A stretch of DNA of 63,454 nucleotides, filler included, from Collodictyon triciliatum (taxonomy: Eukaryota), in assembly GCA_043381765.1 (NCBI GenBank). It is 31 parts of 31 records of this genome, joined end to end, with 100 filler letters (N's around TTAATTAATTAA, not from the genome) between each part and the next. Parts side by side here need not be neighbours in the genome. Positions count along the whole stretch, not along the records: positions 1 to 1,955 come from JBHJMP010009824.1; positions 2,056 to 4,010 come from JBHJMP010009825.1; positions 4,111 to 6,064 come from JBHJMP010009826.1; positions 6,165 to 8,117 come from JBHJMP010009827.1; positions 8,218 to 10,170 come from JBHJMP010009828.1; positions 10,271 to 12,222 come from JBHJMP010009829.1; 25 more parts are not named here. One strand, 5' to 3'. The translations under genes and the position numbers were made by a program. Positions 1 through 11,870 of this stretch are shown piece by piece. The number at the start of each line of letters is the position of its first letter. Within the stretch, counting starts at the first letter, position 1. The notes beneath the pieces are model-generated. The model worked only from the letters and a program-made list of their open reading frames with translations, searched no databases and was not told the DNA's origin.

Positions 1-83
1 TCTCGCTTTCTTTTCTTTTGAGAGGATAGATCAGGATGATAAAATAATCATCGTGATAGCATCGATGCGGCATGCATTTCCAG

Positions 84-1211
84 TTAGAATTCAAAGAGCT
101 GGTGGTTCTTCCTGTCAAGCACAAAGAAGCGACCCGACTTGTCGAAGACACAACCGGCCGCCCCAGGCACACTCACGCTTTTGATGTGAGTCCCATCTGC
201 TTCGAAGAAATCAACCTGGTCTTTAGTGTAGTTTGAGATGACAAAGCCACCATTTGGACCTCGAGCTATAAAAGTATATTCGGATGTCTCTGGCACCGAG
301 ATTAAGCGAAGGTGCTCGCCGTTCGTGCTGAGAACATGAATAACTTTATCTTCATGAGGGACAATCATCAGCTCATTTGCGTCATTCAGCATTATGCCCA
401 TGGGATTAATCAAATATTTCTCAGTAGATTGGTCGCCGAATACTTGGACGATATTTCCCTGGGTGTTGCATTTTACAACTCGATTGTTTGATAAGTCTGT
501 AACGTAAAAGTAATCGTCATTATCAAAAACAACGAAGCGCGGCTCGGAAAAATTATTTTGATGTGCTTCGATTGTTTCATTTGCACCAACAATAGCAATG
601 AAACCCTCAGTTTTTCCATCTATAAGGTAAACAGAACTTCCACTATGGTCTACAACAACCATAAAACTTCCATCTTTACTGAAAGCAATTCCATTTGGAC
701 TTTGGAAACTGGGTTGAATTTCTGGGAAATTAAGCTGGTGATGATAGAAACCACTTTGGTCAAGGGCGATCACTCGACCGTTTCCGTAGTCTGCTACATA
801 TATGAAACCAGTACATGGATGAATAGCAATACCAAAAGGCCAATCCAGAGTATATCCGATGTTGATTACATTGGAATGATTTATACTAGAAATGGAGCGT
901 GTGATTGGGTATGAGGAGTTTGAAACAAACACAGTTTTCCAGAAGGATTCCGACAATGGAAACTGCAAAAACTCTGGAATTGCAGAGTGAAATAGTTTGT
1001 CATGTACTAACGTCACTGGGGAGGCGGGGAGGTTAACCAATAGGCGCATGGCCATGACATTATAGAGGGATGGAGCGTGGGTTTCTCCTTTGGATAAATC
1101 TAGACGGCGGTGATATCGATCGATGCTCACTTGAAGGTGTTTGTTTCTCCCCATGGCACTGGTCTCGTTCATAGATATACTCTTGACAATTCTAAGGCGA
1201 GATGTATTCAT
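84..1211 (-). CDS. NHL-repeat beta-propeller protein, last exon (TRIM-NHL-like; upstream coiled-coil exon near 1360-1458)
   Basis: Repeated NHL motifs: WPFGIAIHP..IYVADYGNGRV, SPNGIAFS, FSEPRFVVFD..YVTDLSNNRV, NPMGIML. The ATG at 1211 directly follows a tttag acceptor. An upstream exon reads VNEEFSRLDEQVISSFSKFQTELDGIEKHILEQ. Confidence 0.88.
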   Translation of the reverse strand: MNTSRLRIVKSISMNETSAMGRNKHLQVSIDRYHRRLDLSKGETHAPSLYNVMAMRLLVNLPASPVTLVHDKLFHSAIPEFLQFPLSESFWKTVFVSNSSYPITRSISSINHSNVINIGYTLDWPFGIAIHPCTGFIYVADYGNGRVIALDQSGFYHHQLNFPEIQPSFQSPNGIAFSKDGSFMVVVDHSGSSVYLIDGKTEGFIAIVGANETIEAHQNNFSEPRFVVFDNDDYFYVTDLSNNRVVKCNTQGNIVQVFGDQSTEKYLINPMGIMLNDANELMIVPHEDKVIHVLSTNGEHLRLISVPETSEYTFIARGPNGGFVISNYTKDQVDFFEADGTHIKSVSVPGAAGCVFDKSGRFFVLDRKNHQLFEF

Positions 1212-1999
1212 CTAAAAAAAAAAAAAGACATGCATGAGCAAAACACCCTATAATTGTGATATGTTCATTTTTCTGGTAAAAGACACACCTAGGAGGTTGA
1301 TTAGCTTCAACTATAATATATTACATAGATAAGGGTGGTAAAAAAAATTTTGTTTCGACCTGCTCCAGAATATGCTTTTCGATCCCATCAAGTTCTGTTT
1401 GGAACTTGGAAAATGAAGAAATGACTTGTTCATCGAGTCTACTAAATTCCTCGTTGACCTAAATGACAGAAAGGTCCATGCTCTGCGAGTAAACACAAAA
1501 ACAAAAAACAAAAAACAAAAAACAAAAAACAAAAAACAAAAAACAAAAAACAAAAAAAACAAAAGAAAAAGAAAATGAATGAAGAACTGAAGTTTATACT
1601 ACCTCGTCGATTCTCTCCTCCAGTTCTGTAAATCTCCTAACAGCAAAGAGTTTTTCGTCGGTCATGCCTGGTTGAGTGTGCTTAGGTTTGTGACGATGCC
1701 AGATTACCCAAACAGCTGGACATAAGACATGCAACTTTTTAGACTAAGGAGGAAAACATCCCAACTGTTTGATGCCAATTGCCGGTGCGCACTCAGCAGG
1801 AATAACAAAGAAAAAGACGAAGAAAAAGAGAAAGAGAAAGAGAAAGAGAAAGAGAAAGAGAAAGAGAAAGAGAAAGAGAAAGAGAAAGAGAAAGAGAAAG
1901 AGAAAGAGAAAGAGAAAGAGAAAAGAAGGAAATGAGGAAAATAAAAAGAAAACAANNNNNNNNNNNNNNNNNNNNNNNNNNNNNNNNNNNNNNNNNNNN

Positions 2000-2011
2000 T
2001 TAATTAATTAA
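2000..2011. other. Artificial contig linker TTAATTAATTAA inside N-runs (first of 30; repeats every ~2.05 kb)
   Basis: Identical 12-mer with stops in all six frames, always flanked by N-runs. Contig lengths fall steadily from ~1955 to ~1946 bp, i.e. a length-sorted concatenation. Confidence 0.98.
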
Positions 2012-2056
2012 NNNNNNNNNNNNNNNNNNNNNNNNNNNNNNNNNNNNNNNNNNNNA

Positions 2057-2290
2057 TTCCACCTTTTACACAGGATTGCTACGCCGGCATGTTTGTGTTG
2101 TGATGGTGATAATGATGGTGACCATAGCTGAGGGCCCTTCCACCCGAAATCAGTAGATTGGGTGTCAGGGCTCTGCCACGTCTCTTGAAGACAGATGATA
2201 TCCGCGTGGGTGAAAAATGCTGCCTTGTAAACCTCTTTCCGCCTGTGGGGGTCGTTAATCCCTCTAGTGTTCCATGACAGAACGCGGTAA
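2057..2290 (-). mobile_element. Non-LTR retrotransposon (L1/Tx1-type) ORF2 apurinic-like endonuclease N-terminus, truncated by contig end
   Basis: YRVLSWNTRGINDPHRR..ADIICLQETW..GWKGPQLWS..HAGVAIL matches the EEP endonuclease motifs SWNxRG, DIICLQET and GVAIL. Confidence 0.9.
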
Positions 2291-2508
2291 AGAAAGAGAA
2301 AAGAAAAAGAAAAGAAAAGAAAAGAAAAGGAAAGAACTACGTAGATAAGGGCTGGTAAAATGTTTAGTAGATCTACCCTCGTGTTTAGGTCGCGCCGTTT
2401 CATTTAATAACATTCGAGATGCTATCACAGTGACCGCTTTTGAAGGGATGTCAGATTTATGCGTAAAATATATATATATTTGCATCAATTACATCTACTT
2501 AATCAATT

Positions 2509-4007
2509 ATGGGTCCTTCCCAAAGATGGATGATACATCGCTCCTTCCATATGCGTCATCTTTCTTCTACATGTGGCATGATTGCGCGGTTCTCAGAAAG
2601 CAGATATCCTCACGCAAAGGGGATAAGCACGTCGTTCGCGCAAGTCGTGTGTGGTATGTGTTCTATGCGATTGTGTGCTCCAGCCTTCAAGTTAGAGAGA
2701 GAGTGTGCGTGCCTCAAAGCCTAAGTACCCTCCGTTATCACACACCGAATATCACCAGTCGGGTCGTCAGCAGCCTACTGAAGTGCTACGAGCTATCTAC
2801 CCTTCACACATCAGAGAAGGTATGTTTTTTTAGTTTGCAAATGAAGGAAAAGAAAGTGTCGCGTTTGTCGCTTATAATAGCTGATTATCATCTTTTCGGA
2901 TATGTCGGAATCATCCATTCTCATTTTGTATGATATTGTACGTTGGGTTCACATGTTCTATTTACATCCTTTGTAAGATAAAATACAATAAATGAATCTT
3001 TTGGTTTGCGCCCAAAGTGTACATGCCTCTGCACCGATGCTGCACCGAAGCAATCGGATGTCATATGCCACCCCCTGAACGGGAAAAAGAAGCGTCTGTC
3101 AGCATGATTCATTATCCGTGGAATCAAGGTAGAAAAAAAAGAGAAAATAGCGCAGGAAGAAAGAAGAAAAGAAAAGGGAAATTAAACTTGTTTCAAGGAC
3201 TTCAACACGGTGTCATTGGAGAAGAGTATACGTATATTTTTGAAAACTATTCGGCTTTCGATTCTTTGTGAAAAACAAATACAAAAAAACTGCACCAAAT
3301 GAACTGCGCAGCGACAAAGCTGTTGGGACGCGCGTTATCGTGTCTATTTGCTAGACAGCTCGGGGGTAGCAATATTCGCACGAGAAGAGTGCAAGACTAT
3401 GTCATATGTCGTGAGAATAGGCAGCTGATTATAGGAAAGAAAAAACAATAAAATAAAAATAGTGGAGATAGAGAAAAACGAAATAGCGAGACAGCATATA
3501 AGTAATTGGAAACAATAATAAGGATCTACTCCCCATCCTTGCCACCACAAACATGCGATTGACATCCCTTGTCATCCTTACGTTGAGCGCTTTCTGGAGG
3601 AGATGTTTTTTCACATGTGGCGACATGTAGTATCTATATGCAACAATTGTAGTAACTTATTGTATCATGGGTCGTGCCCAAAGATGGATGATACATCGCT
3701 CCCTCCATATGCGTCATCTTTCTTCTACATGTGGTATGATTGCGCGGTTCTCAGAAAGCAGATATCCTCACGCAAAGGGGATAAGCACGTTGTTCGCGCA
3801 AGTCGTGTTTGGCATGTGTTCTATGCGATTTTGTGCTCCAGCCTTCAAGTTAGAGAGAGAGTATGTGCCTCAAAGCCTAAGTACCCTCCGTTATCACACA
3901 CCGGATATCACCAGTCGGGTCGTCAGCAGCCTACTGAAGTGCTACGAGCTATCTACCCTCCACACGTCAGAGAAGGTATGTTTTTTTAGTTTGCAAATGA
4001 AGGAAAC
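2509..4007 (+). repeat. Pair of ~340-bp highly similar direct repeats (2509-2848 and 3667-4007), with weaker homology extending ~150 bp upstream
   Basis: Both copies read atgggtc..cccaaagatggatgatacatcgctcc...gagaaggtatgtttttttagtttgcaaatgaagga. They differ by scattered substitutions and a small indel. Confidence 0.92.
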
Positions 4008-4330
4008 GAANNNNNNNNNNNNNNNNNNNNNNNNNNNNNNNNNNNNNNNNNNNNTTAATTAATTAANNNNNNNNNNNNNNNNNNNNNNNNNNNNNNNNNN
4101 NNNNNNNNNNGAAGATGAAGATGAAGATGAAGATGAAGATGAAGATGAAGATGAAGATGAAGATGAAGATGAAGATGAAGATGAAGATGAAGATGAAGAT
4201 GAAGATGAAGATGAAGATGAAGATGAAGATGAAGATGAAGATGAAGATGAAGATGAAGATGGAGATGAAGATAAAAAGTAAAAATAAACAAGGAGAAAAT
4301 TATTAGGTATCTTTCTTTTCATGCACAGAC

Positions 4331-5030
4331 TTCTTCAACAGCTTGCAGGTGAAAATCATTAGATATTAGTGACGTTTTCAAGCCAGCAGCCCGGGTGGTA
4401 ATAATAACTTTGCAATTTGGACAGCTTTTCAAAATCATTTTCAAGAATGACCCCTATCATTATAAACAAATATTTATTCTCCTAGGAAATAATACATAAA
4501 GAGTCATATAAACCAAAAAAAAAATCATCATCAGTTAATCGATTTTCATGGAAAAAGAAAAGGAGGTGGTACTAGAGTTTGGAAGCTGTTTGATATCTTC
4601 TCTACATGGTCCAATATCAAAACAAGGGGAGTTCTCTTGTATCTGTTAAGCCAACGAAGAATTGAGGAAGGCTCTTGGTCTGCTGCAAAAGGATATTCAA
4701 TGGTTCTGCCCAGGCGACACATAAGTGATGGGAGTGTTGTGCATCCTCTCACATCACAAAAGAATTTCGACGAACTATGATTTTAGAATCAATATAATCG
4801 ACTTGCATGAGATTTCAATTGAGTTTTAATACGATCAAATACTATAACATAATTTATTAGGCTGAATGTGCTATATTTTATGCAATCTTTATTTGTGTTA
4901 ATGAAATCAAACATTTGAGCGTGTCGATTTTCAGGTAGTATTTGCATAATATGCAATGCGATGGCAGATTTTCCTGCTCCTTCGGCTCCTTGCAATATGA
5001 TAATTCTAACTTGTGTTTGCTTTGATAATC
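4331..5030 (-). CDS. NB-ARC-like STAND P-loop NTPase, internal exons
   Basis: Walker A IIILQGAEGAGKS and Walker B LVLILDHVE. After splicing (CTA|gtacca...gatag|GGG) an RNBS-B/sensor-like motif CPNCKVIITTR follows. Confidence 0.72.
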
Positions 5031-5968
5031 TAAGGGTTGATACCGATATTTAATTTCTTGATTAAAATTTTTCCGTACTCAAATTTAAGCTTAAGCTTTA
5101 GTGAAGAAGGTGAGGCCTGAATCGCTTAACAGAATTTAATGATACATAAAAAAAAAAAACATTTATTTTCGATCAAGAGAAAAAAATGTAAGAATGCTGT
5201 ACAATTCATTCGTTTGTTTTATGACGTCTTCTCTATACTTCAGGTAATTAAACTCGTAGTGCATCGCTTTTGTTGGGATTGTTAACGGGCCTATTCGAAC
5301 AAGAATAATCGTGGTTTATATATAATGAATTAATGAGTAGTCGGAGGCCCAACTCGATGAATAAATGAGAAATATTTCGAAAAAAAAATATGGAAACAGA
5401 TTCGTGATGTTAATATAAAATTCTTATATCCCTGTATGGCATGTGTAATTGAAAAGAGTTCCACAAATATTTCAGACTAACAACTTAACAAAAAGTTTGA
5501 ATTGCACACTATGAATCATATGCACCAAATATGTATGGTTACTAGACTCAAAAACTAAAATTTAAATCCAATAAAAATTTTGTTTGATACAAACTTTGAG
5601 CTATTTTTATGAGTTCTAGAAGGCATTCCTTAATCGATTTCCCGTCCATCTTGCCTACAAAATGCTGCATATTTTCATTTTAAAGGTCATGATAACTGAT
5701 GGTTTCGATCTAGAAGGAAAGCCCAAAAGAAGAAGGGTATTTTTTTAACTGACATGTTCTACGTAATTCATTTGCTCGATAGAAACTAATCCTGAATCCC
5801 ATCGATCTATCGCTTTTTTTAACGATAAGATCTGGTCGGCAGAAAAATGAAACGCAGCTGTGTCCTTTTTTGTGATAAATAAATCTTTGTACGAAAGTAC
5901 TTGACATTTCATGAAAATGTGAATTCGTATCATTCTCCAAATTGAATGTATACTTAGGTCACAATTGC

Positions 5969-6064
<96 letters not shown>

Positions 6065-6710
6065 NNNNNNNNNNNNNNNNNNNNNNNNNNNNNNNNNNNN
6101 NNNNNNNNTTAATTAATTAANNNNNNNNNNNNNNNNNNNNNNNNNNNNNNNNNNNNNNNNNNNNAAAACCAAAAAACAAAAAAACCAAAAACCAAAAACC
6201 AAAAAACCAAAAAACCAAAAAACCAAAAACCAAAAAGACAAAAACCAAAAAAACAAAAACCAAAAAAACCAAAACCAAAAAAACAAAAACCAAAAAACCA
6301 AAAACCAAAAACCAAAAACCAAAAACCAAAAACCAAAAACCTAAAACCTAAAACCTAAAACCAAAAACCTAAAACCTAAAACCAAAAACCTAAAACCTAA
6401 AACCTAAAACCAAAAACCAAAAACCAAAAACCAAAAACCAAAAACCAAAAACCAAAAACCAAAAACCAAAAACCAAAAACCAAAAACCAAAAACCAAAAA
6501 CCAAAAAACGAGGAACCAAGACAAAAAATCCAACGAAACTTCTAAGAACAAGAGCGAGAGAGATCAAGACCATTCCCTCCTCACCTTTCCTCCCGAGCTC
6601 TTTTGCTTCGAAACTCCTTATGTGTCCAAAAGGCTGTAGAGTTGCAATATTTTTAACTTTTTCCCCATCTTTTGTTGACCAAGAGCTAAAAAAAACCTAG
6701 ACATACGACA

Positions 6711-7040
6711 ATGAGCGACGCAGAGGCCAAGAAGCGCAAATTGGAAGAGGAAGAGAAGGAGGCAGCCAAGGAGACCAAAAAGAATGAAGAGGATGACTTG
6801 GGCAGCAACTTAGCCGAAGAAGGCGACGAACAAGACGAGGAGGAAGAGGAAGGCGACTATGAAGAGGATGACGAAGAGGATGACGAAGAGGGAGACGAAG
6901 AGGGAGACGAAGAGGGAGACGAAGAGGGAGACGAAGAGGGAGACGAAGAGGGAGACGAGGATGAGGAAGACGAAGACGAAGAGGAAGCCCAAGACGAGGA
7001 CGAGGGAGACGAAGACGAAGAGGGCGATGCCGAGAATTAG
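6711..7040 (+). CDS. 109-aa intronless, extremely acidic disordered protein with N-terminal KKRK NLS (prothymosin-like composition)
   Basis: Complete ATG-TAG ORF MSDAEAKKRKLEEEEK... with (EEGD)n repeats and a GC-richer coding signature than the flanks. Confidence 0.75.
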   Translation: MSDAEAKKRKLEEEEKEAAKETKKNEEDDLGSNLAEEGDEQDEEEEEGDYEEDDEEDDEEGDEEGDEEGDEEGDEEGDEEGDEDEEDEDEEEAQDEDEGDEDEEGDAEN

Positions 7041-8217
7041 AAACTCAGCCGTACGTTCTTCTCCTTAGCTTTTTATCGCTATGCCTACTTTGTTGCTTTC
7101 CTTTCGTATTCGCGGTCAAGGTCTTATCCTTGCCCTGACCGAAGTATGGTTCACCGGTGAGAACCAGCGGCTTGTTCTGTCATATAACTGTTTTCAATGT
7201 ATATGTATTATCTATCCGAAGCAATAACCGCTTGATTATCTGCTCAAGCACAAGGAACATACGCACAAAAATGAAGCTTCCACCTATCACTCGATTTAAT
7301 CACTCCTCGCCTGCCTCGCATAGATAGTCGCACCTTCTGCCTAGAGACCGATAAAACCAACCCAAGCATGCGACAAACAAATAAAACAGAGTCTATCACG
7401 CAGAGTCTCTGTCAACCCATAGCCCTCACTGTCTCCGAAAGTGTGTTCTAACAAACCATTAAGTCCCTCCCTGTCCTTACAACCCTGTCATTTGGTTCCA
7501 TACCTCTCCAGTCTATTTCCTTCATGTGCCACACCATTTCTTTCTCGAATCCTCCCTCTTTCAATGAGGACATTGACTTTCTTTTCAATCCTCTATTGGA
7601 GTCATTTCCCTCTTGCGGACACAGAAAAAAAAGAAAAAGAAACATCAACAAAACAACTAACAAATCGACACCCTTCTCACTCCCATCGCGGCACACGACC
7701 AGAATAAACTGCTTCATCTTGCGCCAGCAACAGAATCACAGCCGAAACATCAACCGCAACTCTCTTTGTTGGCCCCCAACCAGATTTCTAGCCCTTTCAC
7801 GTATCTATTTTTGATGGGTATCTGCTGCCTGCTTCTGTCCTTGGTTCACGTCACAAAAAGAACAAGTGATTGTCCTGTTTCGAGCCACTTTCTCGGCTCT
7901 CTCCAGCCTGCAGGTTTTTTGAGAACCCCACAGCCGCAAGCCGTGGGAGAAAAATGAAGTTTATTTTCCGGAAATAGTAGTTAACGGATTGCCATATTTA
8001 TTTCTTCCGTCCATCTTGGTTCGCTAGAAAACAAAAAAACAAAAAAAACAAAACAAAAAAACAAAACAAAAAAACAAAACAAAAAAACAAAACAAAAAAA
8101 CAAAACAAAAAAACAAANNNNNNNNNNNNNNNNNNNNNNNNNNNNNNNNNNNNNNNNNNNNTTAATTAATTAANNNNNNNNNNNNNNNNNNNNNNNNNNN
8201 NNNNNNNNNNNNNNNNN

Positions 8218-8292
<75 letters not shown>

Positions 8293-8934
8293 ATCCCCTT
8301 TTCTTTTCTTTTCTTTTCTTCCTTTCTCTTTCTTGCCTCTTTGTCCCTTATTGTTAATTTACTTTTATTTTTACATCACTCTATTTGTATTTCCATTCTG
8401 TTTTGATTGATCGCCAGATTTCTTGGTCAAGAATTCTGGCCGTGCCTGCTTCTTTGTTGGTGAAAACAGAAAGCCAAAGCCAAAAGAGAGTAATAAACCC
8501 AGGATAGTGGTTTGCTGTGTTGCGCTGGCATGAAGCATTGCACCTGCCCGCCTCGCAGTGTTTTTCTTTTTTCTTCTTTTTCTTATCATGCAAGCCAGGG
8601 TCAAATAGGTACGTCGACTTCCCTGCTTGGGTCGTCCAGTGTGGTATTCAGCGGCTGGTCAATTCGGGAAAGAACAGGACGGAGACACCCGCTTCCACGC
8701 TCTCTTTTTTTTTTCTGCTCGCTCTCTTGTGAACTGGACTAGTCTATAGTTTGCTCAGCGAGCAGCAGCGTGGCGATGGCGTCTCTTTTCTATGCGCCGC
8801 GTGCTTCTCCGCGCGGTTTGCAAACAACCAAGGTGACGTCATCATGGTGCGATGCGCATACTTGTTGCGTCACGTCATTATCCCTTCTTGTAATTCAGCT
8901 AAATATGGTATCATCGACCAGAATCAACAAAGAG

Positions 8935-9346
8935 GCAATGGTTTCAAACAAAAAAGGCGGGTCTGCAATGCCTATGGTTTCCGCCTGTCGACTCATCTTC
9001 TCCGGTTTGTAGGGATTCGGACTGATGATTTTATATCGAAACAGCTTGGAGTACGCCACGGCCATCGAGAATTGCGGAGAATCGGGTGTAATGGACCGCC
9101 TTTGGTTCTTCAGGCGAAAGAAAAATGGCGACGGCGCTCCGTATGAGATGGGACGTCGTGAGCGCCATTCTCCTTTGTTGTTCAGGACGGCTGTGGTTGG
9201 GGTTGCATTCGAGGAGTGAAATATCGTTGCATTTTTCGACGGTGCGAAGCTCCCATCCTTTTGGAAAGTGACTTGTTGCAGGATGAAGGAGCTGTTTCCT
9301 TCTCTCGGCTTGATGATACAGAAGCCTTCTGCTCTATCCCAGCAAA
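8935..9346 (-). mobile_element. LINE ORF2 fragment (region upstream of the CCHC/zf-RVT domain), copy 1
   Basis: Homologous to 20645-20992 and 36932-37420. Between-copy differences are mostly synonymous in the frame SPQFSMAVAYSKLFRYKIISPNPYKPEKMSRQAETIGIAD, which resembles the FSvksaYxxL motif preceding zf-RVT. Confidence 0.7.
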
Positions 9347-10289
9347 ATTAAATTAACTTGTTTTTCCTATATATATTTAAAAAAACTGCAAAAAAGTAAA
9401 ATAAAATAATGGAAAGATGTCTAAATGGGTTATTACAATATGATGCTAGACAAGCATAAATCCAAGTATTATGGCAAACATTAAATTATTGGTTTTGAAA
9501 ATGCCTCCAAACATGATTGATATAGCTCGAGCATACTGGAATGTGTATTTTACCGAGTGGTAATAATTATTATGTCACCAGAAGATTCAAATATTATCGA
9601 GGCACAAGGCAACCATCGGCTAGGTATCAAAGATTTGGACAGTTCATTGGCGAATTTAATTATAATAACATTCTTGCTCTTCGGCCTCGTCTGGTTCAGT
9701 TCATCTACCGACAAATTCAGCAAGGCCATAGAAAATATTGGCGACAGTCAATCTCGTTCACGGTCGAACTTGCGTTGGGAATGGAACTCACCAATCGAAC
9801 AATTGTGGCTTAGATATTTTATTTTTATTCTTAAAGTCTTAGCTGCTGAGCCCGTCTCAACAATCTTTCAATCAGCCATCAGGCAAGTAGTTAGAAAGAA
9901 GGTGGGGATGTGTGGGAGATAGAAAAAGAAAAACAGGGTAAAGATAAAAGGAAAAAAAAGGGAAAAGAGAGGTCATTGAGGCTTGATAAGAGACGCATGA
10001 ATTTCTTTTGGGGACGCGTGATAGTGTCCCACGAGCATGAGAAAAAAGGGATGGGTGATACTGATTGGATGGAGGAGGGGGAATACTGCTTTGATGGCGC
10101 AAGGTGTCGAAAAGGATGGTGAAAAGAGAAGTGAGGTTCGTTTGATAAGCACTAGGTCGAGTGCAAAAAGNNNNNNNNNNNNNNNNNNNNNNNNNNNNNN
10201 NNNNNNNNNNNNNNTTAATTAATTAANNNNNNNNNNNNNNNNNNNNNNNNNNNNNNNNNNNNNNNNNNNNCCATATAAAAAGCAGCCAC

Positions 10290-11870
10290 ATGGCCGTTGA
10301 CACCAGCGTTTCATTCCACTCCTATGCCGCATTGAGTGCCGGAGCAGCTCTTGAGCCATGGACATATCATCCCCGCATCCTTGGCCCGCGCGACTTTGAG
10401 ATCAAAATCAGCCACTGAGAATCTGCGGGTCGGATGAGTGACCTTTGACACAAACACACAGAGGCTGCAGCAGGTTGTAAAGCCCAGCTTGTGATGAGAA
10501 GCAACGCCGCACCACAGACTCTGATGTTGTTGCTCCACTTATCCGTATTATTCACAACTTTACAGATACCCATACCATCGATAACGGCTGGAAGAGGTCG
10601 GTCTATCTTGTGGTTGTTGGACATGAGGTTATCGGCGAGGTTGTTGCCACAGGTTATAACATGACGAACTTGATGGTAGGTCTCATAAAATAGATGCCAT
10701 ACATGTAAAGCTTTGCATGTTACGTATTCTTGCGCTCACCTCTCATCAATATCGACCTTCCTTCAATGTAGGAGACCGAGTGGGCGTGGGCGCTCAGTGT
10801 TTTGCCTGTCTGAAGCCCGATTTTTATGAGTGCAGCAACAAGGATAATCAATGCCGCCCAAAGAAAGTCTTCACCTACAATATACCCGACGCTGATGGTG
10901 AGCTCTCAAGGGGTGGATATGCCGACCGCATCCGTCTCTTGTCCGACTTCGCCTTCCTCTTCCCAGAGAGTATCCCTTCTGATGTTGTTGCTCCTCTTCT
11001 AAGTGTTGGAATCACAGTTTTCGCTCCCCTGAAGCGGTAGGGACATCTTTTAGACTCACAGCTACCTAAGTTACATAATTTCTTGATACAAGAAACGAAG
11101 CGCTTTATTTTTACGTTTTTTTTTTTCTCATAAACAGCCATGATGTAAGCACCGGAATCAAGGTAGGAATAATTGGTATCGGAGGACTTGGGCACTTGGG
11201 AATTCAGTTTACCAAGGTTTGTTTTCACTATGATATTTATGTTACAAAATAAAATAACTTCACGGCAAATATCGCTTTAAAGAGGATTCGTGTGTTTATA
11301 TATTTAAAACAAAGAAAAATGCAGGCCCTAGGAGGCGAAGTAATCGCCATTTCTCACTCAGAGAAAAAGAAAGAGGAAGACATCAAGCTTGGAGCGCATC
11401 ACTTCATCAACAGTAGCAACCCTGCTGAAATCGCTGCTGCTGCAAAGACCGTATGCGAATCAAACACAAAAGTTCGTCAATATGCGCTTATCTATTGCTA
11501 AAATAAAGAAAGTGAACTTTGTTTTACAGTCAGAATTAATTAGTGGGATGTTATCCTTGTGACAGCCAACAGCAACGACATTAACTAAGGCGGTTATCTG
11601 TCACTTCTCCGCACTCACAGAAAAATGGTCGTGGTTTGTCTCCCTGAAGAACCATCAAAATCGCGCCCTTCAATCTTATCATGAGCCAAGTCGGCCTGCG
11701 TGGCAGCGTCATCGGCTCCACTTCCGAAATCAAAGAAATGTTGCAATTTGCTTCCTAGTACAACGTCAGTCCTTGGATTGGAGTTCTGCCCATCCAAAAC
11801 ATCAGTACTGCCCTCGAGTGCGTTCGTGCCGGTGATGTCCGCTACCGCTTCGCCCTGGAAAACAAGTTTG
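10290..11870 (+). pseudogene. Zn-dependent (cinnamyl/NADP-type) alcohol dehydrogenase pseudogene, introns retained
   Basis: Recognisable motifs: ISH*..CGSD, YLVVVGHEVIGEV, VGDRVGVG, GGYAD, VGIIGIGGLGHLGIQF, GDVRYRF. In-frame stops TGA 10416, TAA 11586 and TAG 11756, plus frameshifts. TATA-like tataaaa at 10274. Confidence 0.9.

Noticed and set aside
4055..4322. Homopolymeric or dipeptide ORFs (poly-S, MK, HL, and similar FL/VF/YVCM ORFs elsewhere)
   Set aside because: These are translations of microsatellites at contig ends.
6337..6412. (CCTAAAA)n resembling a TTTTAGG telomeric repeat
   Set aside because: Only a few units, interspersed within a (CCAAAAA)n microsatellite; better explained as a slippage variant.
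7113..7165. Two short hairpins downstream of the acidic-protein gene
   Set aside because: Six-bp stems are expected by chance, and no ncRNA or SECIS motif is recognisable.
9560..9810. Minus-strand frame ending ..NVIIIK..GDIIIITTR*, a possible second degenerate STAND NTPase
   Set aside because: No Walker A, no acidic Walker B, and the frame is broken by stops; similarity is too weak.
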